A DNA stretch of 48,908 nucleotides, filler included, from Catajapyx aquilonaris (GCA_000934665.2; 3 parts of 3 records of this genome joined end to end with filler, not necessarily neighbours in it); one strand, 5' to 3'; numbered from the whole stretch's first letter, positions 22,201 through 34,032 are shown. Notes: generated by a model from the sequence alone, not told the origin. Program-made: numbers and translations.

Positions 22201-23706
22201 GGTTCAGAATGATAGACCAGTATGTACAGTACTGCTCATAAAAACTGAAACTGAACATTTCGTACTTATTCCAGCTCGATCTAGCCACCACACACAGTAG
22301 CCTATGAATTTATGCTCGAAATATGTTAGTTATGGTTTATGTAATCTGTGCCAGTGAGGAAAAAAAAATTGTTTGAATATGCCGCTTGCACACAGTGCTG
22401 ATAACACATCAAGACATCTTTACCTGTGTGAGGATTATATCCGTCTGACTGGATGCACCTGCACCTTCGCTCACAGATGTGCACTGGAAACATATGTGTG
22501 CATTAGAAGATGTCCAGATAATACACTACGCTCCCCATAATACCAGTATGTTACAGCAGAACACGAATGAAATCCATTCATGTTTGTGCTTCTTATTGCA
22601 TGACTTGTACAGTGATTTGTAATGCATGAAGACAATTTACCTGCATTTGGGTTGTCTCCGTCTGAGTGAATGCATCTGCACCTTCGCTCACAGATGTGCA
22701 CTGGAAACATATGTGTGCATTACAAGATGTCCAGATAATACACTAAGGCCCCCATAATACCAGTATGTTACAGCAGAACACGAATGAAATCCATCCATGT
22801 TTGTGCTTCTTATTGCATGACTTGTACAGTGATTTGTAATGCATGAAGACAATGCTTACCTGCGTTTGGGTTGGGTCCTCATGACTGGATGCATCTGCAC
22901 CTTCGCTCACAGATGTGCACTGGAAACATATGTGTGTATTAGAAGATGTATGTCCAGATAATACACTATGGCCCCCATAATACCAGTATGTTACAGCAGA
23001 ACACGAATGAAATCCATCCATGTTTGTGCTTCTTATTGCATGACTTGTACAGTGATTTGTAATGCATGAAGACAATGCTTACCTGCATTTGGGTTGTCTC
23101 CGTCTGAGTGAATGCATCTGCACCTTCGCTCACAGATGTGCACTGGAAACATATGTGTGCATTACAAGATGTCCAGATAATACACTAAGGCCCCCATAAT
23201 ACCAGTATGTTACAGCAGAACACGAATGAAATCCATCCATGTTTGTGCTTCTTATTGCATGACTTGTACAGTGATTGGTAATGCATGAAGACAATGCTTA
23301 CCTGCGTTTGGGTTGGGTCCTCATGACTGGATGCATCTGCACCTTCGCTCACAGATGTGCACTGGAATTATTTGGGCAACCGAGGAAAATACGAATGAAA
23401 TGGAGGCCTACTATATGTTTCCCATATGCCTACCTGCAGTTTTGGAACAGCATGGGGCTTCAGTACCAGCCTCTTCTGATCTTGCCGGCGGGGAAAAAAT
23501 GACTGCCTCTCGAAGTGATCTTCACACACTCGGTGGTTTGTCTTGGGTGTATACTCGGGCAACAAATTCAGAGATGCTCGCCAGACTTGCAGTAATTCGT
23601 GATTTTGCAAAGGAAAGGCAAAAAGACTTTTACCGGACCTGCTGCCACAAACTACGCAATACCGAGGCGAGCTAGCACCGACAAGGGAACCTCCGGGCTC
23701 ATACAT
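19214..23706 (-). CDS. Kolobok transposase: THAP zinc finger, repetitive linker, zinc-binding motif and DDE core; 12 exons, ~807 aa
   Basis: Exons (-): 23706-23434, 23361-23302, 23142-23083, 22919-22860, 22700-22641, 22483-22424, 22136-22068, 21983-21785, 21572-20899, 20829-20516, 20442-20159, 19524-19214. All GT-AG and phase-compatible, 2424 nt. THAP: CVVC...FP...W...VCEDHF...AVPKL. Core: CIQC...CLTGH.VKWES, GDGRCDSPGHSAKY, TLVTDRH, HQFDIWH, TGSLEGYH...CPKR, AAMDHNSNV. NLS-like PKRKRK. Confidence 0.88.
19560..20121. mobile_element. Tc1/mariner-type foldback MITE nested in the last intron of the transposase
   Basis: CAGGGTG...CACCCTG termini; TA TSD; largely palindromic; related copy at 33283-34032. 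Confidence 0.88.
22424..23361 (-). repeat. Tandem repeat of ~219-bp exon+intron units inside the transposase gene
   Basis: Five copies of TTCCAG|TGCACATCTGTGAGCGAAGGTGCA...CAG|GTAA at spacings of 219, 223, 219 and 217 bp. Confidence 0.92.
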
Positions 23707-24211
23707 GCTAGCTGCTCTGAAGTCCAGACCGATATACCTGGCTGGAAACGCCTGGCATGGTCATGCCCGTATCTTTTGGCACCCTTAGACAGATGCGTCA
23801 TGTTCTGTCGCCTGTCAGGCAGGCTCATTGTTATTGGGATACTCGGACTATAAACAGATGTTGGTGTCCCATCTGGTTTCACTTTGCACTCCTCAACCAC
23901 TCACGTGGGAAAAGTCACACTTCCGTGCGAAGATGACATCACCACTAATCTTCTGGCTCGGTGGAAAGGTAGAGGACGGTCCGTTTCAAATCCGCGCCTA
24001 CCGCCCTCTAGTTCTGCCCTCACCTACCCTCAGAGGGTGGCGTCGCCACCTGCTCCGAGCCGTTTGAGCGGGGTTTTCGAACGACACACTTCCAGCCTTC
24101 GCCCTGGCCTTACCGTTCGTCTCTCAGAAAAATTGCTTATACCCTCGGAATCAGGATTCCTTGCCCGATTTTTAGAACACAACTTGTATTTTGAGTGGAG
24201 TGTCCCTTTAA

Positions 24212-24430
24212 AGAAAACTTGGTATCAAAACTTCAGTCCTCCTATGAGTTAGTTAAGAAAAGACTCCACAAGCCATTTATGAAACAGAAAAGATATCACA
24301 ATTGTACATTCTGTCCTCAAAATATACGCTTAAGACTTACTTACTTGTTAGTTCTGCTACACAAACCCCAATGTCCAAAAGGGTTAAGCCGAAAACTGTT
24401 CAAGTTTTGGGACGGACCGTACCGTGCAGC
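24212..24430 (+). pseudogene. Gypsy LTR-retrotransposon integrase C-terminal relic (GPY/F module) split by the Kolobok insertion; left part at ~17575-17663
   Basis: ENLVSKLQSSYELVKKRLHKPFMKQKRYHN...LVLLHKPQCPKGLSRKLFKFWDGPYR. The frame continues from RDIIFLFDDGFK...SIHSFK when the Kolobok is removed. Confidence 0.7.
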
Positions 24431-24872
24431 CCTGTTATTTTTGAACTTCAAAAATCAGGTCAAATTCATACATTCTTGGCACACCGTGACCGTAGCAGGA
24501 AATACTTCCCATCATGCCCTTTTCCTGATCAAAACTCATCCCCAGGTACACCATGTGTGGCAATTAACCTATAGACATGGACTTGTGCTACTGTGTCAAC
24601 CTTTTGATCTGGCAGTGGAAATGGCTCCTGATATTTTGTGAAGTTGTCGGTAGCCACTAGAATGAATAATACTTTTCTTGTATGTTTGGCATCAAGGCTA
24701 CAGCAAAGGGAAATTGCAGATTTTTTTGGTCGTCAGGTTTTTTGGTTTTTCAGGGAGCTAATTTTACATTTTTGTGATAGTTTCATTAATTGGTATGTAG
24801 TAGTGTGCATTATAGGCACATGGAAAGCAGAAAACTTCATGTACTTGTTGCAAAAGTGGTGATTTGGCTATA

Positions 24873-25620
24873 CAGGGTGGTCCAACTTTTTTGTCCGAAC
24901 AGCTATTGACAAATTCGGCCTAAGCTGCTTATGTTGTAGTGCGTTCCCTGGCAACCCCGTCCGGCGGGCCAATTCAAACATCAGCCCATGGAGAGCGCTT
25001 CCATTGTTGCCACTGTTTACAAATCGAGTGAGTGAGTGCGCAGCAAGGTGTATAGAGGGCCGGTGGCTCCTCTCCAGGTTTGTTTGTGCAGCCCGTCAGC
25101 AAGGCAAAAGCGGGTTCAAATTTTCTCTGCCTGGACCTAAGGTCGACGCAAGTGCGCTCTGGCGGAGGCCCAGGCGTTGATAAATATGTTCACTTCTCTA
25201 CTTTCAGTCTATGGTTCTAGGCCTGGTCAAGCGTCTGTGGTCTCAAAGATTAGAAAATAGAAGAGAGCCTATTCACTTTTTCTTTTGGTGGTCGCCCTAA
25301 TGTCGATCGTCGCGCGCTCTGTCGGCAGATTTCTAAGCTGATTTCCCCTTCGAGAGGGGCCTCACGAATAAGCAGCTATTTCGGCCCAAGTGGAGGCACC
25401 GTGTGTAGCTGCACCGTGGTGCGCAGGCAGAAGAGACCCGTCTCTGGGTTGTCCGCCTCACTCACTCGATTTGTAAACAGTGGCAACAATGGAAGCGCTC
25501 TCCATGGGCTGATGTTTGAATTGGCCCGCCGGACAGGGTTGCCAGGTAACGCACTACAACATAAGCAGCTTAGGCCGAATTTGTCAATAGCTGTTCGGAC
25601 AAAAAAGTTGGACCACCCTG
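24873..25620. mobile_element. Tc1/mariner-type MITE with ~164-bp TIRs
   Basis: TA|CAGGGTGGTCCAACTTTTTTGTCCGAAC... and ...GTTCGGACAAAAAAGTTGGACCACCCTG|TA; related fragments at ~42393 and 42950-43130. Confidence 0.88.
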
Positions 25621-28099
25621 TATAACAGACCTCGGTTATAACATACATTTTTCCTTGGTCCCTTGAAGTCTTAAACCTGGATTCAGCTGTACTTTAAAAT
25701 AAGCAGCTCCGTACCAGATAGTCACGGCAATGCAACAGGGTTAATATGATTTTTTATCATCAAAATAGTGTCACTGTTACTGCCAGTCTGCCACATTACA
25801 AAAGTCACTCTCTCATCGGCACCTTATTCAGCTTATTGGATCATTTGTGGGAATAACAAAAAATTGTTCAATAACACAAATTATATTCCGTATATATACA
25901 AAGAGAGTACCGTACGGTAATGATCGATTACATAGTTACATCACGTTTAAATAGTGGTTGGCACCTCTCAGGCGCCACCTCAGTAGTTAAGAGGTAATTG
26001 TGCCTTCCGATAGGGTTCGCTAGCTGTTTCTTTAGAGCTAGACTACACCAGGGTCACCTCCATGAGTGCCTCCCCCACCTAGACAGGGTATTGTTTCTCC
26101 GGCATATTGGAGCTAAATCAGATAGGATCTGCATGCAGTGAAAAAATGTCATTGAAAAAAAAAATTGGACGCTTGCCAATTTCTATCCTCCAGCATGCAA
26201 TCTAGCTCCAATATGGACGCCCCATAAGGACTACGTGGAGACAATACCCTGGTTAGGGTGGGGGAGGCAACCATGTAGGGGACCCTGGACTACACTAGAC
26301 AGTCAGGAGGGGATTCTCCCCAGGATAAGTAAGTCAATAATGGTACACTTTATCTTGTCAATTTATTTTGTGGGTTATAATATTAATATTTTTGTGGTTT
26401 TCATTACTACCGTATAACGAGGACTTCATATAGCATATAAAAAGCCAACTGTTTTGTGGAAATATCAGAATTCCTGTGAGAAAAAAATAGTTTCCCAAAA
26501 AAGCGTTTCCCCCCCCCCNCCCCCCCCCCCCAAAAAAGCCGGGAAACCCCCTGTTTTTTTCCCCCGTCATTCAAAATTTCCAGCTTTTTTACAACTAGTA
26601 CTTACACGTGCATTTTCCTTTATTTTAGAGCACTTACGGTTCAGCCTCCGCAAGCAGACCGCTACTCAAGGTTAGGAGATTATCTGATGGGAATTTTAAG
26701 AGATGATGTCCCAACGCATCTGAAACTACAGTGTGAGAGACAGCTTATTGCCATAGTTCAAAGCTACTCATTAGGCAACGAAGTGACAGTGTCCGAGATA
26801 CAGAAATAAAACATTGGCCACATTTAGAATGTAATCATGTTTATCATTACCCACTTTGTTACATAAATAAAACCACAGTGCAGGCGATGAGGCTACATCT
26901 GGAAGCTGTTCTTCTGCACCGCTGAAACTGAAGAAGAGCCAAATTGGATGGTACTGGTAGCAAATAATTCCTGTGCATACAAACTAACTCACCTGCATTC
27001 TTTTGCTGCGACTTGGGGTAGTACACCATGACTTTTATTTGGTAATGTTTGTGTAAGGTGAATCGACTGCAGTGACTATGGTATGAGCCAGTTGCTTATG
27101 CGTATCTAAATTTTTCTTTTCAGAGGATGGAAATATGCAGCTTATTTTCAGCATGGCATCCAGACCAAAACGTGCTACGTGGAACATATGTGCCATGGAG
27201 TGTGCTAATGAAGGCTGTTAAAAGAGGTATGTAATATTTATGAAGCAATGCTGAGATGTGATGAACCTAGGCATTTGACAAGGTCATATACCCAGTGGAG
27301 GAAAATCAATCCTCCTCCCCCCCACCCCCCTTCTTGGCCTCTCCCCTCCCAATCCCAGCCTTGCCTGCATACCCTACTTTTGTGTCTGGACCTGCCTGGT
27401 AGACAGATGTGCATTTTAACAGTGCACTGGTCCAGATGGAGCATAGTGCAGGACAAGTACAGGTAAATGGGCACACCATTTAGATGGGGGCCATACTTGC
27501 TTCACTCACAGGCGCAATAACTAATTTTCATCGCAGTTGGTGGACAGCAGGCACTTATTATTGCACAACATGATTTTATTTTAAATATTGATGTCCGGGA
27601 GTAATGAGTCAGCACTCGGCAGACTGAAGCTTGATGTACTCCACTCATCTGCCTTCGAAGTGCAGGGTTTACATTGGTCTGGTGAGCAGCATTTCTCCTG
27701 ATTGCATATTAATCATGTGCATTTGCTTGGTGGCATCTGACCGGAGTTTGATCATAATTTGTTTTAGATACTTCCAACTGGGCTTCCTTCACTGGCACTC
27801 TTCATTCAGGAACAGGATTGGGCTGGACGTAACGGAACCATTACATAACTCGTATCATTTTACGGCGACCTTGGTTGCATATTACTAGTACTAGTTAACC
27901 TCCTGTGTTGTAGATCTGCGGTTGGACATGGTGCATGTTGTGGCAGTGTGGTTTTATTTGCCCCGGGGACAGTCTCGAGCTCTGTGTGTGGTGGTTTAAC
28001 AATGTGTGGTTTGTGTTATTCGCATGCTGTTTTGGGCGGGGGAAAAATAACTAGGGAAACTGCTTTCCACCCACCCACCTCATTATGCTCATTTGGACT

Positions 28100-31000
28100 G
28101 TCTAATGCTTTCCAATTAGTAGTTGCAGGATGCTGCTGGAGAACATGTGGCGGCTGGCCTGCTCGATCATTGCTGGAGATCTTAGGAGAATGCGACTGGG
28201 ATGGTGGTGGTTGTGTGCAGTCTGATCTAATGTGTTTCAGGTGGACGGACTGATTGAACTGATGGAAATCCAGGAAGAATTTCAGTGACGTCGTAATCCA
28301 CCGTGACTGAAAACTAGGCATCACATCGATTGCATCAGATAATGACCAACAGCAGCAACACCTGAGTCATCATTCACGCCATCCAACCTCACAATGTTCA
28401 TCGGACACAACAAATTAAATGCGGTGAGCAAAAGTCATTTATAAGCATAGCCACAGCTAATTAGGTGATGTCACCATAATTATTTGAACAATAGGTGGAT
28501 TTATATTTTTAAATTCCCTTGCTAGTCTGATATATTGCTTCCAATGAATGTGGCAGTGACATCGTATGCCTTTGGAAGTCCATTTAGCACCAACTCCCAT
28601 CATTAAGTGCGGTTTGACCTTCACTAGACAGGAGCAAGCCACATCATATCACGCATGGACTCAGACCAAGGAGGAGGAAGAGGAGGCAGAAGGGACACTT
28701 GTCCTCGCTGCTTGTGCCTTTTGTTGGGCACATAAGTTGGGTTATTGAGTGTGTGTGTCATTTGCTTGGCACTCGTAACAATGCCACATTGACATGCACA
28801 TGAATATTGGTCAAGTAGGGTAAATTGGCCACTTTAAATGTTTTGCTGCATGATGGGTGTTGGGTGTCACATTGTGTGGTTGTCACAGACTATTTCTGCA
28901 CCAATATCTTGAAATATTTTTAATGGCCACATGAGTGATTCATATGATCTAATGTGTGTGTGTTGAGTCATTTGAGGTCTCTGCTGTTAGCTGGAGAAGA
29001 CTGGACTGCTCGATCATTGGTCTTAGGAAAATGCTAATTTGTTCGATGTCTGATCTGTGGATGAGTTTCAGGTGGATGGACTGATTGGACTAATGGACGT
29101 TCAGGAAGAATTCCAGTGAGGTTGCGATCCACCATGATTGAAAACAAGGAAGCGCATCGATTGTATCAGGTAATGAACAACAGCAGCCAACGGGTTGGCA
29201 AAGTCAATCAGGAGGTGAACCACAGCGAGTCTGCCACAGAGTAAGTAAACTTTTAACTGAACTGTGAGATGTTCCCATCTGCCCAATTCCACTATCCATT
29301 ATAGTCAATGCAATGCACATTTCCTAATGCAAAATGACTGCATGCTGATTGATGGGGCCTGCAGGAGACTCTCCAGGTGATGTGACCTTAGATCTTCTGA
29401 AGCCATGAGGATACCAAATGGGATGGCAAAGAATGGCGACATCCAGACAGCCCAAGTGACTTGTGCAACTTCAGCCACACTGCCAACTATTATTGTGAGA
29501 ATGTGGTTGTGATGCTGAATTCGGACTAAAATGTGACTGACCTTCAGGTTTATTAGCCATGGGGGAGTGTCTGAAGACTTCTCTACAAGGTACTGAACTT
29601 GTGTGACTTCAGGAAAATGCAAAAACTACATCTGACATTGGACAGCTGCTGAATTGACACATTGTCTTCAAGTCCAGCCTGTAGGTGTTTCAGAAAGATT
29701 TTGCGTGAGTGAATGCGTGAAGTCAATTGCCTTTGAATCAATTGTAAGGTATGTGTTTCCTTTTGTCCAGCTGGAGGTGTTGATGTGGCTGCTGCGTCAT
29801 GGAGGGCCAGTGGACATTGATGGGATGGGTCTACCTGGAAAGAACAAGTGACTCCTTGGGTCGTAGGTGGCTTATGTACAGCATGTTTCCGATGGAGGAT
29901 GCTGTCAGACGGATTCTATTGGGATTTCAACGATTTCCCCTTGAATCTAATGTGCCAGACTTTCAGGTTGACTGGCAAGGAGAATTTTGTGCTGCCCATT
30001 GGGCTTAAATGATGGAAGGAAAAACTCGGCACACCAGGACTCGAGCTCTCCGCAGGTCAAAAGTGGTCGACCGAGAAGCTTGAGAGCAAAAATGTTAATG
30101 TGAGTGATTATTTAATCGAAATCTTTCAGGGTGGCCACAATATGGTCGTCCCATTGAAACAGTTAATTGGCAATCTCTAGGTCTAAGATCTTATTATTGC
30201 CTGCCAAAATCCCTGTTTGACTGGGGGAAATAGCACCGCTTGAGACCAACAAATCCACTTGGGGAAGTAAGATACGATACTGTTTTATTAATTTATCTGG
30301 CCATGTGCAACTAGGCATCACAATTAAAATTTGCATTGAGATTAAATTTTTTTGCCCATCTTCCATTGAGCTATTGACTAATAAATTCACATAGTGTATT
30401 AGGGCTGGGTGAATAAAACTTGACCTTGTCGCACTGATGAGACCCTGTCATTGAGGAACCACATTAAACAACAGCTGATTTGCATCTTGGTCTGTTAAAT
30501 GGGCCAGTAGGGAGTTAAATGAAGAGGTGTGATCAGCACATGCAATAGTAGTGCTTGTGGTATGCCAAATTAGAATGTAGCATCCATCAGTGTCGTCATT
30601 TAGTTGTGCACAATGCAACGGAGCCAAGAAAGGTGACAATATGTTGTGGCTACACAATAATGGGAATTGAAAGTGAAGACGACTGATCAAATGTGTTCAT
30701 TTTCAGATGAATCAAGGCCAGATAAATCAGCATTGACCCCCATCCACAATAAAGAAGAACCTTCAAGAATGTGGACTATTTGACAGCCATCATGACGCAA
30801 CACTCCTATCAGACAATCGCTGCCTCCCAATTCGACCCACTTTGCATTAGAGCCCAGCTCATCAGTCTTGCTTCGCTCTTCAGACCAGGACTGGATTGCT
30901 GCTGTCAGCTGGACTCCTGATGAGTGAAGGACTCAGTACTGGTGCTAACCATACCTCGATGAGCACCAAGATGAAATGTCTGCATGCACACTGCCAGAGG

Positions 31001-32100
31001 ATGCATCTCTCAAGCCGGAGGGCAACACCTGACCAAGATAAGTTGAAGGATGATGTTTCGACAAGCTATTTTAGTCATTTTCCAGTGCATTAATTTCTCA
31101 GGTTGGGAGGAGTGAACATTGGACAGCCAATCACCGGTGTCCATTTGGCACCAACTCCCATCCTTAAGTGTGGTTTGACCTTCACTAGACAGGAGCAAGA
31201 GATGTGGTTACCAACCCATTTCACACGTGATGTTTATCGCATACACAGCCTTGTGAACTGGTAGCCAACTCTGCTGCTGCTTCACCACATCTTCTTATGG
31301 ATGTGACTCAATCAGCCGGCAGTCACTGCAGACAAATAAGCAGGCGTAGCCATGCAGAGTGAGATGAAGGCCATTCAGGTTTCTCATTAGTTACGCTGCA
31401 GAACATTTCATTCCAAGAACATTTTTTCTTTCAGGGAAGAGGTGACTAGACGAACATCAGGTGGCAATAATCAGGGATACAACATGGGAACCCCCTCTTC
31501 AGATGACAGCTATTGAAGTGCACATCCATGTGAGTACGTCTAGTTGTCTGCGATGCCTTGGATAATAATCGCTGTGCGTATCAGAGGTATGCAGCTGTGT
31601 AGTCCATCTGAATCTTGGACTGACCTGGTGATGTGGTGTCCCTCTGCCCAGTGACATCCCATGTAAACAATCAATCCAACCTGTCTGTTTTTGATATTAG
31701 TGGACCAGTTGTGCAACCAAGCAAACCAATCATTGAATCCCACTTCATTATTTTGAGATTGCAGGTGCACATTATCTTCCATCCAGTTCCACTAGCAACC
31801 ATGTTTTAATATGCCACCATTGCTAGGTCGTTGAGCAGTTATATACTGGTGCCACCAGCTAGATAGTGTGTACATCAGACGGAGTGTCGTCGTGCACCTG
31901 GTGCATCTGTCGGCAGCCTGGACCAACCGTACCTTCTGATCAGAAGCTTCAGCCTGATGACTATGAGCTCCCATGTCGAGAGTCGTCATGTGTGCTGCCG
32001 GATGTTATGTCTCAGTCTAAATGGGATTTAGACCAGGCAAATTCATTTCAAGTTCTCAGACATTGCATTAAATTTCCTTCAGGGGTAGTGAGATTCTAAT
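28100..32100 (+). mobile_element. Highly decayed, partly duplicated Gypsy-like pol fragments
   Basis: Duplicated blocks 28150-28360 / 29005-29190 and 28585-28637 / 31146-31198. Frameshifted remnants resemble the RT N-terminus (LIELMEIQEEF...HHID) and integrase (VDYLT near 30772). Weak and by eye only. Confidence 0.35.
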
Positions 32101-32553
32101 TCGAATGTTGTTTATAATTTACTTATGATGTGGAAGAACGAGCAGAACTTGACGACAGGAGGGATCGTCTGCAGCCTTCCATCGTCAGTGGACATTTCGA
32201 GTCATCCAGCAGATGAAGAGGACTCAGCACTTCACATCTGGAGGACAAGGATGCTGCGAATGCTCGATCTAATTAGGGACAGTAAATTATGATCATCTAC
32301 ATACATCCCATCGCTCCCTCATCTCCCACTTCCTTGCACGTTATTGTGTCACTAACATGGGATTTAACAACTTGTATGTTTAACATGTTGTTGTGCACTT
32401 GCATTCCTTTATAACCAACCTGTAGGCATGACCGGAGCAGCTCTCTCAAGACAAGGAGACCATTTGGGGTTATCCCTTACTTATTAATATTTTATGGTCA
32501 TTTGTTTCAGGATTACGTCAACTCGGATGTAGGCTGTGGACCAGCACTGCTAC

Positions 32554-32653
32554 NNNNNNNNNNNNNNNNNNNNNNNNNNNNNNNNNNNNNNNNNNNNTTA
32601 ATTAATTAANNNNNNNNNNNNNNNNNNNNNNNNNNNNNNNNNNNNNNNNNNNN
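32554..32653. other. Artificial contig spacer N44-TTAATTAATTAA-N44
   Basis: Same structure as 16236-16335. Confidence 0.95.
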
Positions 32654-32744
32654 CGCGAGGTCCCGCGACGTGGCGGCTATCCTGAGGCGAGCTCGCCAGC
32701 TTCTGGCGACCTAGCGGCAAGCTCGCGGCTATGTTAAATTTTGG

Positions 32745-33060
32745 TAAGGGTGTTCACGCTGCATGCTGGACACTCGGAGCTGGACAACACTGGAGCTTGC
32801 TTTCGAGTGTGGGACAAGTCACAGCACTATGACTGGAGCCATGTGTCATCCATCGCCACAAACGGTTTGAAAAAACCACCGCCCTCAATGCGATCGAGTT
32901 CCAAGCGAGGGCAAAATGGTGGGTCTTTTGCACCTCAAAGAGATGGCGAGGAACCAGTGAGGATGCCAACTTCCTGAGACCTTTCAGTCTTTCAGAGTCC
33001 TAAGAAATCTCCAGTGTTGTCCATCTCCGAGTGTCCAGCATGCAGCGTCCAACAGCTCCA
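32745..33060. repeat. Inverted-repeat (MITE-like) element
   Basis: ACGCTGCATGCTGGACACTCGGAG.TGGACAACACTGGAG (32756-32796) is inverted at 33008-33047; ends not resolved. Confidence 0.5.
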
Positions 33061-33282
33061 AGCGCGTCAAGATCGGGCCTTCTAGGGCGATGGTGCGGTG
33101 GGGGGGAGTCATGATCCCCTTTTGTTTCCCTACCTCCCTCGCGATATGGGCGACATATATATGCCAAATCAAATTGTAATCGCCCGAGCTTCAAAGCTCA
33201 GCAAAGGTCATCTCTGTAATTATGTGTTACCGTTTTTGAGTTAAAAAATACGCGCCATGAATTATGAATCAACCCACGTATT

Positions 33283-34032
33283 CAGAGTGTTCCCTGTAAT
33301 TCTATCAAGACTTGCAGGGGTAGTAGAGGGGACCAAGACAAGTATATTTCTGCCGTCAGATATGAGAAGACCGTAACTCAACGTCCACTTCCCCTTGCGG
33401 CGAGAAAAAAAGCAGTGGTACCAAAAGCACCCAACAGGTGGAGTTGGGATGCCGTTCCTTTTTCCCCCTTCCCCCAACTTGGATGCTTTCGGTAACACTT
33501 GCTTTCTTTTCTCGCCGCAAGGGAAGTGGATATTGAGTTACGGTCCTCTCACATCTGACGGCAGATTTGACATAGGAACCCGTGTCCGGAAACGCCATCT
33601 AGAGGGGGTTCATAGAAAAGGAACGGCTGCGCTCAGACGCTTCACGCGGGAGGCGCTAGGCGAGCGGACTGTGTTGTTGATAGATGGCGCTCGGAGAGTA
33701 AACAACGATGCTTTGTGCCTTAACCTGGCAACAACAGAGCCATCTAGCAACTAAAGTCCGCCTTCTAGGAGACGCGCGGAGAGTAAACAGCGGTTCTGTT
33801 GTTTACTTCCAACGACGCCATACGCCATAACCTGCCAACAACTGCGTGTCATCTATCAACAAACAGTCCGCTCGCCTAGCGCCTCCGCGTGACGCGTCTG
33901 AGCGCACCCGTTCCTTGTCTATGAACCCCCTCTAGATGGCGTTTCTCGACACTGGTTCCTATGTGAAAAATACTTGTCTTGGTCCCCTCTACTACCCCTT
34001 CAAGTCTTGACAAAGTTACAGGGATCACCCTG
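33283..34032. mobile_element. Tc1/mariner-type foldback MITE (same family as 19560-20121) carrying a nested insertion
   Basis: CAGAGTG.../...CACCCTG|TA termini; long shared internal sequence GACATAGGAACCCGTGTCCGGAAACGCCATCTAGAGGGGG. Confidence 0.85.
33350..33564. mobile_element. 215-bp palindromic MITE with 4-bp ATTT TSD (AWWT target, Sola1-like)
   Basis: CTGCCGTCAGAT.TGAGA...TCTCACATCTGACGGCAG; ATTT at 33346-33349 and 33565-33568; absent from the paralogous MITE at 19560. Confidence 0.75.

Larger units (their letters stand above)
17664..24207 (-). mobile_element. Kolobok-superfamily DNA transposon, full length and apparently autonomous (6544 bp)
   Basis: TTAA TSD at 17660-17663 and 24208-24211; AG...CT (RR...YY) termini; 109-bp TIRs (17664-17772 / 24099-24207) with one mismatch; convergent THAP-DDE transposase and KolX genes. 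Confidence 0.92.

Noticed and set aside
22424..23361. CRISPR-like or non-coding satellite array
   Set aside because: Whole units are near-identical with no unique spacers, the context is eukaryotic, and each unit carries a phase-0 exon with consensus splice sites.
3933..24207. Functional or captured-gene link between the piRNA helicase and the neighbouring Kolobok
   Set aside because: An artificial spacer (16236-16335) separates them, and the helicase lies outside the TIRs.
17664..24207. piggyBac (TTAA TSD) or P element (THAP domain)
   Set aside because: The termini are AG...CT rather than CCC...GGG, the TSD is 4 bp rather than 8 bp, and the DGRCDSPGH core plus a convergent KolX gene indicate Kolobok.
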